DNA of 64,000 nucleotides from an uncultured virus (IMG/VR IMGVR_UViG_3300032931_000857) (Duplodnaviria > Heunggongvirae > Uroviricota > Caudoviricetes): IMG/VR virus record IMGVR_UViG_3300032931_000857. One strand, given 5' to 3'. Under the pieces are notes generated by a model. It was not told the origin of the DNA. It did not search any database and saw nothing but the letters and a program-made list of their open reading frames with translations. Position numbers and translations under genes: made by a program. Positions 20,985 through 31,787 of this stretch are shown here, piece after piece (position 1 is the first letter of the stretch; every line of letters starts with the position of its first letter).

Positions 20985-23546
20985 TTAACGTGATTTAATA
21001 ATCAATGTAATGTCATAATAATTACCCGCAACAAATACAGTTGCTTCGCATACAATATTAATTTTATCAGCAATAACTTCATCACGAGCAATTGATTTTA
21101 CATAAAGTGATTGCAAAATTCCTTTTCTGGTAAGTGTTGTTGATACTATTCCACATACAGACGCTATAAATTTCAATAAATCGTTAGTAATATTATACTT
21201 TCCAACATATGGATTTATAGCTGATCGTAATGTTTTCGCAGCAACATCCGCCTGTTTAGTAATAGAATGCTCTCTATATTCTACAGCATCCATATTTGAA
21301 GTCAAATCATGTCTTGACTTAATTGATTGGCTTGGAGATACATCCTGAATCATAACATCAACTCCACTGCCTCCAATTTCATCAAGTTGAGATTTCTTAA
21401 AATAATGATTTGTTTTTAATGAAATATTAGCTATTCCTGGTATGCTAAAATTCATATTTGTAAATGATTGAGAAACTATTACTCCCGAATCCAATCCAAC
21501 AATTGCTGCAGAGATATAATATGGAGGAAGAAGATACTGGATACTATTATAATATCCATAAAACCATCCTGGCCACAACACTTTAACTCTACGATTCCCA
21601 TAATCTATAGCGGCTATTTTAATTGCTTGATTATCTTTTCGTCCACTTATGAATTTAAAACTTGGAGTAGTTATTGAATCTCCACTATAATCTGTTTGTA
21701 TTTCAAAAGGAGTTTCTGAATCTGGAGTTGCAATAACATTAACAGTTGTAACAAGTTCACCATCAACATCATATATTTCAACAATGTCATTAACTGTTAT
21801 TCCAGCAGAAACAGGATCAAAGGATCCATTTATAGTTATAACTCCTGTAGATTCATCAATACTACCATCATCTGATCCCATTAAATAAATATCATTTTCA
21901 TCATAAACTACAGTGGCAATACGTTCATGACCTTCGTAAGGCTCAGACTGTTCATCACAATATGGCCCCGCAAGAGCATTAACACCCACATCGGTAGTTC
22001 CAAATGCATGGCTATATACATCATAAAGTTTAAGCTCCTCAAGAGCTTCTGCATATTGTTCAGATAGATTATTTTCAGTAGCATCAACATGAACACCATA
22101 TAAAACTTGTTGTCCTGATTGAGAAAAAGCTGCAGAAGCCATAAAAGCCAACTCATTATGTAAATTAATACTACCATCATTTGACCACGCATCGGTAATA
22201 TCTTTCAAACTTGCGATACGTTTTACAACTCCAATTTCTTCAGTTCTTACTGCACGAAAATCAGAAAGAATATCACTTTCAATTTTAGGATGCCATGCAG
22301 TTAAAAAATCTCCGGTAATAAACTTAGTATCATTAGGAGACACTACCGATTTATATATAACTGAATTTGTAGTGATAGTATAAACTTCACCACTTTTAAC
22401 AATAGTATTAATACGATATAATCTTATATTGTCAATAGTACGTTCGTCAACACCATCATCTATAATGGCAGTAGTTACTAAAAATAAATCTCCTGCAGAA
22501 AGTACTGGAGCTAACCCGCCAGTGTCTGTAATACTAAATGAATAATCATTTATTTTCTCTACAATTGAAGCGTCGCCAACGAGTTTTAATCCATAGTTTT
22601 GAGAAAATCCAAGATATCTTTTAATGGTATAATAACTTAAATAAAGAGTAGAAAATGGAGTTTGTTCAAATGCCTTGTATTGAGTAAATGAATAATCAAC
22701 CCTACCTGTATCAAGCGGAATAGTATTAAATTTTAATGTAGTTTCATTTAATATAGAAGTAATGCTTACCTGAATTGGAGTATCTATTGAATCCGAAATT
22801 GCCAACGATGATAAATATAATACATCTCCAATTTTAACTTTATTAGTTACAAATTTCGCATTTACATCATACAATGTATTAGGAATATCAATAGTCGAAA
22901 CATTATGAGCTCCAACAACAATCCCTTCACCATTAAGTATAGCAGCAGAATAAGCTTTTTGAAGATTTATTTTTGTTTCGTCGGTACTAATATTAGCAAC
23001 CGTTCCTACAAATGTCCAAACATCACTAATATTAATAAAAACATTTTGACCTGTTTTAATTTTTGAAGTAACTACAGCTCCGTCAGTAATTAAAATCGTT
23101 TTAAGATCAGAAGCAAGAATTTTAACTTCACCTGAAACCCCTTCTTTTCTATAATAAGGAATTATACCTTCGCATTCCCCTTCTACTTGTTCTGTGTTTG
23201 GAACTGTATAATTATCATCATATCCAATAGAAATACCATCTTCTGATATATTATCACTATCTATATCAAGATCAATATTTCCAAATGGTGAAGATCCTTT
23301 TACTTTTACAGGATAAAAATCGTATGCTCTTTTATTAATAACATCTTTATTATATACTACTTTTTCAACACCCCATTCTAAAACATTATCTTTAATTCCA
23401 TATGACGATCCTATCAATTCATTAAGATACACATCAAATGCAGTAGCAACTATTGCAGATGGAATGTCTTCCACAGCAATTGCGCCTGGACTTGTAACAA
23501 ACTGTTGAGTTACTGAAACATTTGGTCCTTGATATGTTGTAGCCAT
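20985..23546 (-). CDS. Putative contractile tail sheath protein
   Basis: N-terminal YQGPNVSVTQQF, C-terminal LPPYYISAAIVG..RHDLTS..INIVCEATVFVAGNYYDITL, size and position. Confidence 0.65.
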   Translation of the reverse strand: MATTYQGPNVSVTQQFVTSPGAIAVEDIPSAIVATAFDVYLNELIGSSYGIKDNVLEWGVEKVVYNKDVINKRAYDFYPVKVKGSSPFGNIDLDIDSDNISEDGISIGYDDNYTVPNTEQVEGECEGIIPYYRKEGVSGEVKILASDLKTILITDGAVVTSKIKTGQNVFINISDVWTFVGTVANISTDETKINLQKAYSAAILNGEGIVVGAHNVSTIDIPNTLYDVNAKFVTNKVKIGDVLYLSSLAISDSIDTPIQVSITSILNETTLKFNTIPLDTGRVDYSFTQYKAFEQTPFSTLYLSYYTIKRYLGFSQNYGLKLVGDASIVEKINDYSFSITDTGGLAPVLSAGDLFLVTTAIIDDGVDERTIDNIRLYRINTIVKSGEVYTITTNSVIYKSVVSPNDTKFITGDFLTAWHPKIESDILSDFRAVRTEEIGVVKRIASLKDITDAWSNDGSINLHNELAFMASAAFSQSGQQVLYGVHVDATENNLSEQYAEALEELKLYDVYSHAFGTTDVGVNALAGPYCDEQSEPYEGHERIATVVYDENDIYLMGSDDGSIDESTGVITINGSFDPVSAGITVNDIVEIYDVDGELVTTVNVIATPDSETPFEIQTDYSGDSITTPSFKFISGRKDNQAIKIAAIDYGNRRVKVLWPGWFYGYYNSIQYLLPPYYISAAIVGLDSGVIVSQSFTNMNFSIPGIANISLKTNHYFKKSQLDEIGGSGVDVMIQDVSPSQSIKSRHDLTSNMDAVEYREHSITKQADVAAKTLRSAINPYVGKYNITNDLLKFIASVCGIVSTTLTRKGILQSLYVKSIARDEVIADKINIVCEATVFVAGNYYDITLIIKSR

Positions 23547-23549
23547 TTT

Positions 23550-24479
23550 CTATTCTCCTTGGTTATTATTTGGTATTTCGCCTGTTAAATGTATACAATT
23601 CCAATATAATTCATACTTAACATCATCAGCATTATTAGGAGCCGCCCATGGTATAGGAATATTATATTCATCATGAGTTAATAATTTTAATGTATTTTTA
23701 TCTTCTATACTATTAATAGGATATAATTGTGGATTTTCATTAAATTTAATATAATAATATCCACTTGATAATTCTTTCTCATTTAGTCTTGGATCATCAT
23801 CTTCTTCAAATCCAAAACTTTTACTATTATCATACAATGTATCTTTATCTTTTTCAATAACTCCATTTTCAGAAAATGTTTTAGACTCTTTATTTACTGC
23901 AAATATAGATACTGAATTCCACAATTCAGGCTCTCTTAATACGTTTAACCATCCAAGTTGCATTGACGCAGAAATACGTAACACAACTTCATACCTTCTT
24001 ACTTCGGTATTAATAACTACAGGGGTTTCAGGTCCAATATCAACACAATTCATATTACGTAAAAATTTTAAAGTATCCATAATTCCATGTCTATCGGCTT
24101 GTAAATTAATAGCTAAAAAATTAGCTAATGATGAAGCTTCAGACCCAACCCGTGAACCACATATAATATTAATATATCCATCTAATATTACTACTTGCTC
24201 TATTTGTTCAAATGTATTTTCTGATCCTGACTTAACATCATTTATAATATTATGTTGAAATGAAAAACCGCTTCTTTCTACTACTATAAATGGGGCGCTC
24301 ATTGGTTTTTGATTATCTATAACAAATGGTGACGATATACGAATTTTACTTAATCTATCGTCCGCAACCCATCTATAATATTCAGGAACCTTCTCTTCAT
24401 TTCCAAACATCCATTGTATATAACTTATAAATGCATCACTTATAAGAGCCAATGGAAATTTTTTTAATACTGATGACAT
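23550..24479 (-). CDS. Putative tail completion/terminator protein
   Basis: Position upstream of sheath; PFIVVERS pattern. Confidence 0.4.
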   Translation of the reverse strand: MSSVLKKFPLALISDAFISYIQWMFGNEEKVPEYYRWVADDRLSKIRISSPFVIDNQKPMSAPFIVVERSGFSFQHNIINDVKSGSENTFEQIEQVVILDGYINIICGSRVGSEASSLANFLAINLQADRHGIMDTLKFLRNMNCVDIGPETPVVINTEVRRYEVVLRISASMQLGWLNVLREPELWNSVSIFAVNKESKTFSENGVIEKDKDTLYDNSKSFGFEEDDDPRLNEKELSSGYYYIKFNENPQLYPINSIEDKNTLKLLTHDEYNIPIPWAAPNNADDVKYELYWNCIHLTGEIPNNNQGE

Positions 24480-24538
24480 CCTGATCCTTCAACATAAATA
24501 TAAGCTATAAAGATAAAATAAACAAATTGTTATTAAAT

Positions 24539-25042
24539 TTAATTATGAATTAATTTGAAAAAAGTTATAGCCATTGATGCTATACTTATTAATAAAGCAA
24601 TAAAACTTATTATACTAACAAAAACTTTTACCGCTTTAAAAGAAATATCAATATTAGTATCAATCCTTTGCTGGTTAGTATCAATATCATCTATTTTAAT
24701 TTCATGTTCATTTAATCTATTTTCAAACAAGGTAAATAATTTCTCACAATTTTCTCTTTTTTCTTTTGTTACGTTCAAATGCGAATTTAGGGATGAATAA
24801 ATTTTAGAAATTTCTTTAACTGTTTCCTTAGAATTATTTTCTATTTTATTAGATAATGAATGCAAATGAATATTTACTGATTCATAAATCTTAGCTATTT
24901 CTTTTATTGTATCTTTAGAATCAGAATCTAATTTATTAAATAATAAAGTAATACTATCTCGTAATAAAGTAATATTTTCTACAGCAGTGTCTAATTGTTG
25001 TTGTATTTTTCCAAGCTCTCTTTCGTTATCAATCATAGTCAA
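24539..25042 (-). CDS. Coiled-coil protein with C-terminal TM helix (possible lysis accessory)
   Basis: Heptad pattern, C-terminal hydrophobic helix; near endolysin. Confidence 0.45.
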   Translation of the reverse strand: MTMIDNERELGKIQQQLDTAVENITLLRDSITLLFNKLDSDSKDTIKEIAKIYESVNIHLHSLSNKIENNSKETVKEISKIYSSLNSHLNVTKEKRENCEKLFTLFENRLNEHEIKIDDIDTNQQRIDTNIDISFKAVKVFVSIISFIALLISIASMAITFFKLIHN

Positions 25043-25045
25043 CTC

Positions 25046-25882
25046 CTATACAATAATATCATATTCATTATCACTACTAACTATTTCATCAATAGTTAAT
25101 ATCTGACTTATAATATAATTTTGTTTAGATAATATTGCAGAACTTTCGCTTAATTTTGGAAGTTTAGTAATATCAACTTTACTTATTACAAATCTTTTAT
25201 TATTATCATTATTAACTATTAAATCTTTTGGACGAACAATTGGATAATTACTCATTCTAGCTTCATTTAGAAGAAAAACATTTTCCCAATTTTGTTGAGG
25301 AACTGATATTTTATGGGAAGCTCCGAAAGATATTTGAACTACAATAGGTGAAAAAAAACCTGAAATAAATCCAGTGCTATTACATACATCACAAAATGAA
25401 AGTGTTCGTTGTTGTCTTTCTTCGGACCAACATTTATTACATCTTGTTCCGGTATTTTTTCTTTTGTAAAGTTTGCATGGTTCTCCATGATACATATTAT
25501 AAAGAATATACTCAGCGTGGCGCATGGTATCATGAATACCATTATAATGCATTCCTATAAAAACAACTTTAGAAAAAAAACTATAATTAGGATCATTTTT
25601 ATTTACAGCAAAAATTTTATAATAATGATCAACATTAAATTCGTATTGTTTAATTCTATGAGTATAAGATAAAGGGCCGGTATACCCATCAATTTCGATA
25701 GGATACCCGTCAACATCATTAATAGTTTCAAATTCATTTTCAGGATGTTTAGACCAATAAATATTAAAAAAATAATTATCTATATAATCATCAGTAATTG
25801 GCGGATCGTCTGGAATTAAATCCCATTCTATAAAGAATTCATTTTCTATAGTTTTTATGACTTCTACTGATGAAAAAATCAT
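25046..25882 (-). CDS. Putative head closure/neck protein with Zn motif
   Basis: RCNKCW..CDVCNSTGFISGF; located in head-tail module. Confidence 0.4.
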   Translation of the reverse strand: MIFSSVEVIKTIENEFFIEWDLIPDDPPITDDYIDNYFFNIYWSKHPENEFETINDVDGYPIEIDGYTGPLSYTHRIKQYEFNVDHYYKIFAVNKNDPNYSFFSKVVFIGMHYNGIHDTMRHAEYILYNMYHGEPCKLYKRKNTGTRCNKCWSEERQQRTLSFCDVCNSTGFISGFFSPIVVQISFGASHKISVPQQNWENVFLLNEARMSNYPIVRPKDLIVNNDNNKRFVISKVDITKLPKLSESSAILSKQNYIISQILTIDEIVSSDNEYDIIV

Positions 25883-26463
25883 AATAGTTTATTAATTTCT
25901 TGATAAGTTTTTCCACTATCTATACTCGATAAGAATAATTTTTTATCAATTAAATTTACTATTGATTCATTAAAATAATATTTTGCATATCCACCTAAAT
26001 GAATCCATTCAACTCTTCTAACAGGATCTCTTTCATAAATAACTTGACCAAATTTACATTTATTATTTATGACTAAATCCATAGTTAAATTGAATAACTC
26101 TTTAGCAGTAATTCCATTAGGTACACAATCAACCGCTCCAACTGAAAAATTATAAGTTGGTCCATATTTTAAATATTTATCAGATCCGTATTTTAACAAT
26201 ACAGCATTACCATAATTATGATCACTTGTTTCCGATGGATTGTATCCATTTGAAACAAGTCTATCATAATCCTCTTTATTTCTTACTCCAGATGAAATAC
26301 TAATAGATGAATTTATAGGCATAGCATCTCTTACTATTTGCATATTATTTGCAAGATTAACAATTAATAACTGCAAATATTTACTATCAGGAACCCAACC
26401 CTTACCAAACAGATTGGGTGCAAACTCATAAAAAGAAAAATTTTTTGTTATTTTTTGTTCCAT
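25879..26463 (-). CDS. Peptidase M15-family endolysin
   Basis: ITKNFSFYEF, ISSGVR, SDH, GAVD, EWIHLG zinc-peptidase motifs. Confidence 0.75.
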   Translation of the reverse strand: MEQKITKNFSFYEFAPNLFGKGWVPDSKYLQLLIVNLANNMQIVRDAMPINSSISISSGVRNKEDYDRLVSNGYNPSETSDHNYGNAVLLKYGSDKYLKYGPTYNFSVGAVDCVPNGITAKELFNLTMDLVINNKCKFGQVIYERDPVRRVEWIHLGGYAKYYFNESIVNLIDKKLFLSSIDSGKTYQEINKLL

Positions 26464-26495
26464 TATTTAAATTTAAACCTAGTTAAATTTACCTG

Positions 26496-27335
26496 TTAAA
26501 TTTGTCCTTGTTTAGCCAATTCAATTAATTTAGCTACTGTTTCTTCATCATACATATTCACCCCATTAACGTTTACTGGGCCTTTTACCGCATTTTGATC
26601 TTGAGATGCTACTTGACTACCATTAACTGAATTTGGTTTAATAGATGAACCTGTAGAAGCTTTAGAAGGAGCTGCTGGAGGAACTATATCATTAGCAACA
26701 TCTTCTTCAGGAGTTACAACTCCCTGTGCTACATTTGAATTTACAGGAATAGCATTTTGATCTATAGGAACACCATTTTGATCCACCGGAACAGCGTTAG
26801 GATCTATTACTCCACCTTCTTGTGGAGCATAACCATCAGGAGTGGCTGCATATCCTTCATTTTGTGACATAGATTGCTGTTGAATCATTTGATCCATTTG
26901 ATTTGATGCTGAATCTGTTCCAACCTGTGCAATATGAGCAGCTACACGACCTATTAAATCTTGCGCATTTGGATTTCCTTGCATAGCCATATTAAAAACT
27001 TCAGGACCAAGAAATGCCCTTGCTGACATAGCACCTATTTCTTGAGGAGCAGGAGTGTTAGTTTCTTGAGGTACTTGGGCGTCAACTATAGGTTGTTCAA
27101 CTTCTTGTTCTTCCTGGGCCACATCTTCAACAGGCTCTTCTTCAGTAGATTCGCCTTCAACACTTTCACCTTCTTCATTATCTGTAGTGCTATCTTCATT
27201 TTTCTTATCTTTATTTGATTTTTCATTAAAATTAGATTCTTCATCCTTAGCAGCTAATTTTAATAATGCATTTAAAATATTACCCATTTCAGCAATTTTT
27301 TGAAGATCTTCAATAACAATTTTTACTTTTTCCAT
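26496..27335 (-). CDS. Acidic low-complexity virion/scaffold-like protein
   Basis: E/Q/P-rich, DLQKIA motif. Confidence 0.5.
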   Translation of the reverse strand: MEKVKIVIEDLQKIAEMGNILNALLKLAAKDEESNFNEKSNKDKKNEDSTTDNEEGESVEGESTEEEPVEDVAQEEQEVEQPIVDAQVPQETNTPAPQEIGAMSARAFLGPEVFNMAMQGNPNAQDLIGRVAAHIAQVGTDSASNQMDQMIQQQSMSQNEGYAATPDGYAPQEGGVIDPNAVPVDQNGVPIDQNAIPVNSNVAQGVVTPEEDVANDIVPPAAPSKASTGSSIKPNSVNGSQVASQDQNAVKGPVNVNGVNMYDEETVAKLIELAKQGQI

Positions 27336-27350
27336 ACATCTCCCCTTTTA

Positions 27351-27839
27351 TTAATCGTCAATAACAGTTCCTTCTAAACCATGCAAAGATGCATATGGAG
27401 AGGCAACACCTCCCCATCCTGCATTTATATTTATTGCTATTTTTATTTTAGTTAAAACATCTATTTCTTTATCAGCAACAGCATATAAAGTTTGTAATTG
27501 CTGTAGATATCGAGTTCCATCAGAAATTTTTACATTTATTCCACCGTTGTTATAAGCAAGATCGTTACGAGCCATTACTATACCATTAGAAATTAAACAT
27601 TCAATTGATGCTTGGTGTATAAGTAAAGATGGCAATGGAAATGTAGATATAGTATATGATTGAATCATTGGAGGTGTAGAATTTAAAAAACCCAATGCCA
27701 TATGGATATACATATCCAATTCATTACTTGAATTTTCTTCTTTAAACTCTATTAATCTATTTAATATATCGTGATCTTTAATAAAGTTTTTTAAAGCTAC
27801 TCTATATTCACTTAATGTCATTTTTATCCTATTTAACAA
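27351..27839 (-). CDS. Putative head-tail adaptor
   Basis: Directly downstream of capsid; helical, ~155 aa. Confidence 0.45.
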   Translation of the reverse strand: MLNRIKMTLSEYRVALKNFIKDHDILNRLIEFKEENSSNELDMYIHMALGFLNSTPPMIQSYTISTFPLPSLLIHQASIECLISNGIVMARNDLAYNNGGINVKISDGTRYLQQLQTLYAVADKEIDVLTKIKIAININAGWGGVASPYASLHGLEGTVIDD

Positions 27840-27842
27840 AAA

Positions 27843-27873
27843 AACCCAGCCCTTCCAAATTGGGGCTGGGCTT
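27843..27873 (-). terminator. Terminator after capsid gene
   Basis: cccagccc..gggctggg stem with A-run on + (U-run on -). Confidence 0.7.
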
Positions 27874-27906
27874 TCATGATAACAAAAAAAAATAAATTAC
27901 AACTTT

Positions 27907-28932
27907 TTACAGTTTTAAACCTTTATAATAGTTTGTAATATGTGCAGGAAGAATTCCGTCATCCTTAACCTCAATATTAGTTGACCCTCCTGGATTTACC
28001 GAACCCAAAAGTGTAAGCAACGCAACGGACAATGCATTACCAATATTAAAACCAACCGATTCCTTTGTCTGCCATTCAATAAGACCAAAATTTGATTTAA
28101 TTTCAAAATTAGGATCTCCTAATGAGAAATTATGACCAAGAAAATCTGGAGTTGTAAACGCCCAAATATGGCCGACAGGAAGAATATCACTTTTAATGGT
28201 TTTAATAACTTTGGTTCCATGAAGAGTGTCTGAAGTAATACCATTCAAAACCCTGTCTTTACCAAAATCATCGCCAGCACCTGGAAGAAATACCGCTGTC
28301 TCAAAAACTTCCTGACACATTAAAATACATCCCACTTCTTTACGTTTTGAATCCGAGCCATTAATACCTGAAGCAAGAGTGTTCTTAATTTTTACAAGAT
28401 CTTTTTGATCAATTGTAAGCGCTGTTGCTCCTGCATACTTTACGCATTTTCTTTTGGTATCAATTGCAACGCCAAGAGCGGATCCGCAAATACGAAGGAA
28501 AAACTTATCTTCAAGTTTTTCAAGAATAGGAACGGATTTATCTTCAATGCGTTTGGTGATTTTATATTGATACGAACGAAGATCTTCATAGGTAATCTGA
28601 AAACGTTTTGTGGTAAAATTAACGATAGGTATAATATACTTGTCGCCTTTTACATATTGGCCATCCGGCTCTCCAAGATTATCTACAGCTACGGCAGCTG
28701 CATCCGGTTCAATATCACGTATAAGATACAATGATGTATCATTAACATTTCTTTGACAATCTGCTACAGTAATTGGTTCCTGTGGAACAATAGCTCGTGA
28801 GAATGCTGCTTCCTGAAGTTCAGTTTTAACATACTGTTTTCCTGCCTCTGAAAGCTGAGCCTGCCCCTCAAGAGTGGCAATTTTTTCCATAAAAGCTTCA
28901 TTAGCTTGAATGGCGGCATGTGTTTCTAACAT
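27907..28932 (-). CDS. Major capsid protein (HK97-fold, inferred)
   Basis: 341 aa, AAGGAG RBS, own terminator, AFSRAIVP and LEDKFF patterns, position in head module. Confidence 0.7.
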   Translation of the reverse strand: MLETHAAIQANEAFMEKIATLEGQAQLSEAGKQYVKTELQEAAFSRAIVPQEPITVADCQRNVNDTSLYLIRDIEPDAAAVAVDNLGEPDGQYVKGDKYIIPIVNFTTKRFQITYEDLRSYQYKITKRIEDKSVPILEKLEDKFFLRICGSALGVAIDTKRKCVKYAGATALTIDQKDLVKIKNTLASGINGSDSKRKEVGCILMCQEVFETAVFLPGAGDDFGKDRVLNGITSDTLHGTKVIKTIKSDILPVGHIWAFTTPDFLGHNFSLGDPNFEIKSNFGLIEWQTKESVGFNIGNALSVALLTLLGSVNPGGSTNIEVKDDGILPAHITNYYKGLKL

Positions 28933-29033
28933 AAAAAACTCCTTTGGTATAATTTAAATAGTTTCACATATTTTTATTATAACATATTATTAATAATTTG
29001 TACATATATAGATAATATAATTAATTTTTAACA

Positions 29034-29963
29034 TTATACATACTTTTTTTCGTTAATTAAATTTTTTAAATAACTTGAAGCCACTTCCATTGACAATTCA
29101 TTTTGATATGTATCGCTTATTTCTTTATGATTAATATCAGAATTTAATATTTTATTTATATCATTCCAAAAATTTTCTTTATTTGAAATAATAACATCTC
29201 TATAAATTTCAGGCCAAAAATTTACTGTATCAAGAGCAATAACGGGTAGGCCACATGCAAGCATTTCAGGCATTGCACGAGGACAATAATCTATTGAAGA
29301 TGGAATTATTCCAACTTTACATTTACCTATCCAATATGACATTTCATTTCTTGATACTAATTTATTAATTACATTATTCAAATCATCAATTTCAGATTTA
29401 TATCCAAGATGTAAAATACTTAAATTTTTAGGACACGTTTCTTTTACAAACTTATGACCCTTATGTGGTCTAGGTTCTTTTGTATTTCCAATATAACAAA
29501 TATCATATTCATGACTATAAGACAATGGAGGAGCAAAATCAGGATGTGCAGGCTTTATCCATGGAACTACTTTAGAATTATTATGATCTAATTTACAATT
29601 AGTTAAAAATTCTTTACAATCTGTTAAAATTATATCATAATAAATATCATTCTTTGGATTATAACGAGGGCCTGCTCCATAATAAATTTTAATTGTAGAT
29701 TTATATTTATTTAAAATAATATCATTCCATCCAAATCCACCTCTTGAAAATATAACATCTGGTTCAAATGGAGCTTCATAATTTTTCATATCATCAGTGC
29801 ATATAATACTAAAATTATTTAATATTTGATGAAATTCTTTCTTTCCATAACATATCATTTCTCCATTTTCTTTCCCATCGATCATATTAATAAATAAACT
29901 TTGCCACATATCTGACTTTTCATATATAGCAGCAGCTTTCCCTCTAAGAAATAAATAATTCAT
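29034..29963 (-). CDS. Glycosyltransferase (GT-B, family 4-like)
   Basis: PHKGH and CPRAMPEMLACGLPVI motifs. Confidence 0.75.
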   Translation of the reverse strand: MNYLFLRGKAAAIYEKSDMWQSLFINMIDGKENGEMICYGKKEFHQILNNFSIICTDDMKNYEAPFEPDVIFSRGGFGWNDIILNKYKSTIKIYYGAGPRYNPKNDIYYDIILTDCKEFLTNCKLDHNNSKVVPWIKPAHPDFAPPLSYSHEYDICYIGNTKEPRPHKGHKFVKETCPKNLSILHLGYKSEIDDLNNVINKLVSRNEMSYWIGKCKVGIIPSSIDYCPRAMPEMLACGLPVIALDTVNFWPEIYRDVIISNKENFWNDINKILNSDINHKEISDTYQNELSMEVASSYLKNLINEKKYV

Positions 29964-29971
29964 GATCTTAC

Positions 29972-31176
29972 GCGAAAAGGAAACCTACGGTTTTAACCGT
30001 AGGATGAATTTTCGCATCTCCCTTCAAAATAAATTTTATTTTTTCAAATAAATGAAGTATATTAATAATATGAAACTGACACTTCAAATTAAACTTCTGC
30101 CGACGAATGAACAAGCAAAGAGTCTTGGGAAAACCCTGAAGGCTTGTAATGCCACTTGCAATGATATTTCTGAAACAGCATGGCAGACAAAAACATTCAA
30201 TCAGTTTAAGCTTCATAATCTGATTTACCATCAACAAAAAGAATTTTCGCATCTTACAGCACAAGCTATTGTTCGTTGTATTTCCAAGGTATCCGATTCT
30301 TATAAGCTCGATAAAAATGTTAAACGAATTTTCAGGCTTGAAGGTGGTATTACCTATGATTCCCGCATCCTTTCGTATAAAGAGAATGTTGTTTCGATCT
30401 GGTCTGTCGATGGAAGATTGAAGATTTCGTTTGTTTGTCACAATCAGAAATATCTTCCTCACATTAAAGGTGAAGCCGACCTTATTACCAAAAAGGGCAA
30501 ATGGTTTCTTTTTCAGACCGTTGAAATACCAGAAGAAATTATACATGATGTCGAAGAATTTATCGGAGTAGACTTTGGCATTGTCAATATTGCCACGCTG
30601 TCTTCCGGTGAAATAATGTCCGGCAAAGAGCTTAAAACATACAGAGAAAAACGTCAGAAGATTCGTTCGAGTCTCCAATCCAAAGGCACAAAGGGCTGCA
30701 AAAAGGTCTTGAAACGGCTTTCGGGAAAAGAGAAACGAACAACTTCTATCGTGAATCACACTATTGCAAAGAAAATCGTTGCGAATGCTGTACAGGAAAA
30801 TAAGGGAATTGCTCTTGAAAAGCTTAAAGGTATTCGCAAATCCGCCAATAATAAGGGAAAGAAATTTTGTTCTCGCGTTGGCAAATGGAATTTTGCAGAC
30901 CTTCGGACAAAGATTGAGTATAAAGCAAAACTTAATGGCGTTCCTGTAATCGTCGTTAATCCAGCATATACTTCGCAGACATGTTCTCATTGTCATAATC
31001 TTGGTTCCAGAAACGGCGAATCTTTTAAGTGTCCGCATTGTGGTTTTGAAACACATGCGGATGTTAATGCAGCTAAGAATATCGGGGCAGATGTAAATCT
31101 GCCTGAAAAATCGGTTAAAGAACATAAGGTTCCTAATCAGGTTTAAAGCCCACGGATTTATCCGTGGGATATTTAC
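29972..31176 (+). mobile_element. IS200/IS605-family tnpB-only element
   Basis: Left hairpin cctacggttttaaccgtagg, right hairpin cccacggatttatccgtggg, TTAC at both boundaries; higher GC than flanks. Confidence 0.8.
30070..31146 (+). CDS. tnpB: RNA-guided endonuclease TnpB
   Basis: GVDFG, ALEKL, HADVNAAKNI, Zn ribbon CSHC..CPHC. Confidence 0.92.
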   Translation: MKLTLQIKLLPTNEQAKSLGKTLKACNATCNDISETAWQTKTFNQFKLHNLIYHQQKEFSHLTAQAIVRCISKVSDSYKLDKNVKRIFRLEGGITYDSRILSYKENVVSIWSVDGRLKISFVCHNQKYLPHIKGEADLITKKGKWFLFQTVEIPEEIIHDVEEFIGVDFGIVNIATLSSGEIMSGKELKTYREKRQKIRSSLQSKGTKGCKKVLKRLSGKEKRTTSIVNHTIAKKIVANAVQENKGIALEKLKGIRKSANNKGKKFCSRVGKWNFADLRTKIEYKAKLNGVPVIVVNPAYTSQTCSHCHNLGSRNGESFKCPHCGFETHADVNAAKNIGADVNLPEKSVKEHKVPNQV

Positions 31177-31784
31177 TATTTTATCGCTTTTATTAATATC
31201 CAATATGAAGATGATCCATGGCCTGATAACATTTTATAAATCTCAATTATTTTAAATTTTACTATAGTAAGTAAATCTATAATTGATTGTTCTGAATATA
31301 TACGAAGATGATTTCTTGAAATTCTTCCACCTTCTGGAATTGTTACAATAATTGTTCCTTTATCTTTTAATACCCTATAAGCTTCAGAAATAGCATCCTT
31401 ATCATTAAAAACATGTTCAAGAGTTTCTCCCATTATTATACAGTCAAAAAAACTATTTTCAAACTCAAGCTCTTCTGCCATTCCTGTTTTAATAATAATT
31501 TTTTTATTAGAATGACAATTATTAATTTTAGCCATTTCAATTATTTTTTCACATATATCAATTCCACATATTTCTTCCACATCATTTATTTTTGAAGAAA
31601 GAAAAATACCTAATCCATTAGAGCATCCAATATCAATTACTCTTGGGCCATGTACTCTATCAATAATCCAGTTAAATCTATTTACAACTTGTTGATGCTT
31701 AGGATGCGTTTTATCAAAATATCTTTCCCATATTTGATCTAAATTTCCTGTGTTTCTATCTAATATAAATTTTTCTTTATCCAT
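31176..31784 (-). CDS. Class I SAM-dependent methyltransferase
   Basis: VIDIGCSNG, ETLEHV, EAYRVLKDKG. Confidence 0.85.
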   Translation of the reverse strand: MDKEKFILDRNTGNLDQIWERYFDKTHPKHQQVVNRFNWIIDRVHGPRVIDIGCSNGLGIFLSSKINDVEEICGIDICEKIIEMAKINNCHSNKKIIIKTGMAEELEFENSFFDCIIMGETLEHVFNDKDAISEAYRVLKDKGTIIVTIPEGGRISRNHLRIYSEQSIIDLLTIVKFKIIEIYKMLSGHGSSSYWILIKAIK

Positions 31785-31787
31785 AAT

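Noticed and set aside
29968..31203. 411-aa ORF on the - strand
   Set aside because: Antisense shadow of tnpB with no recognisable motifs
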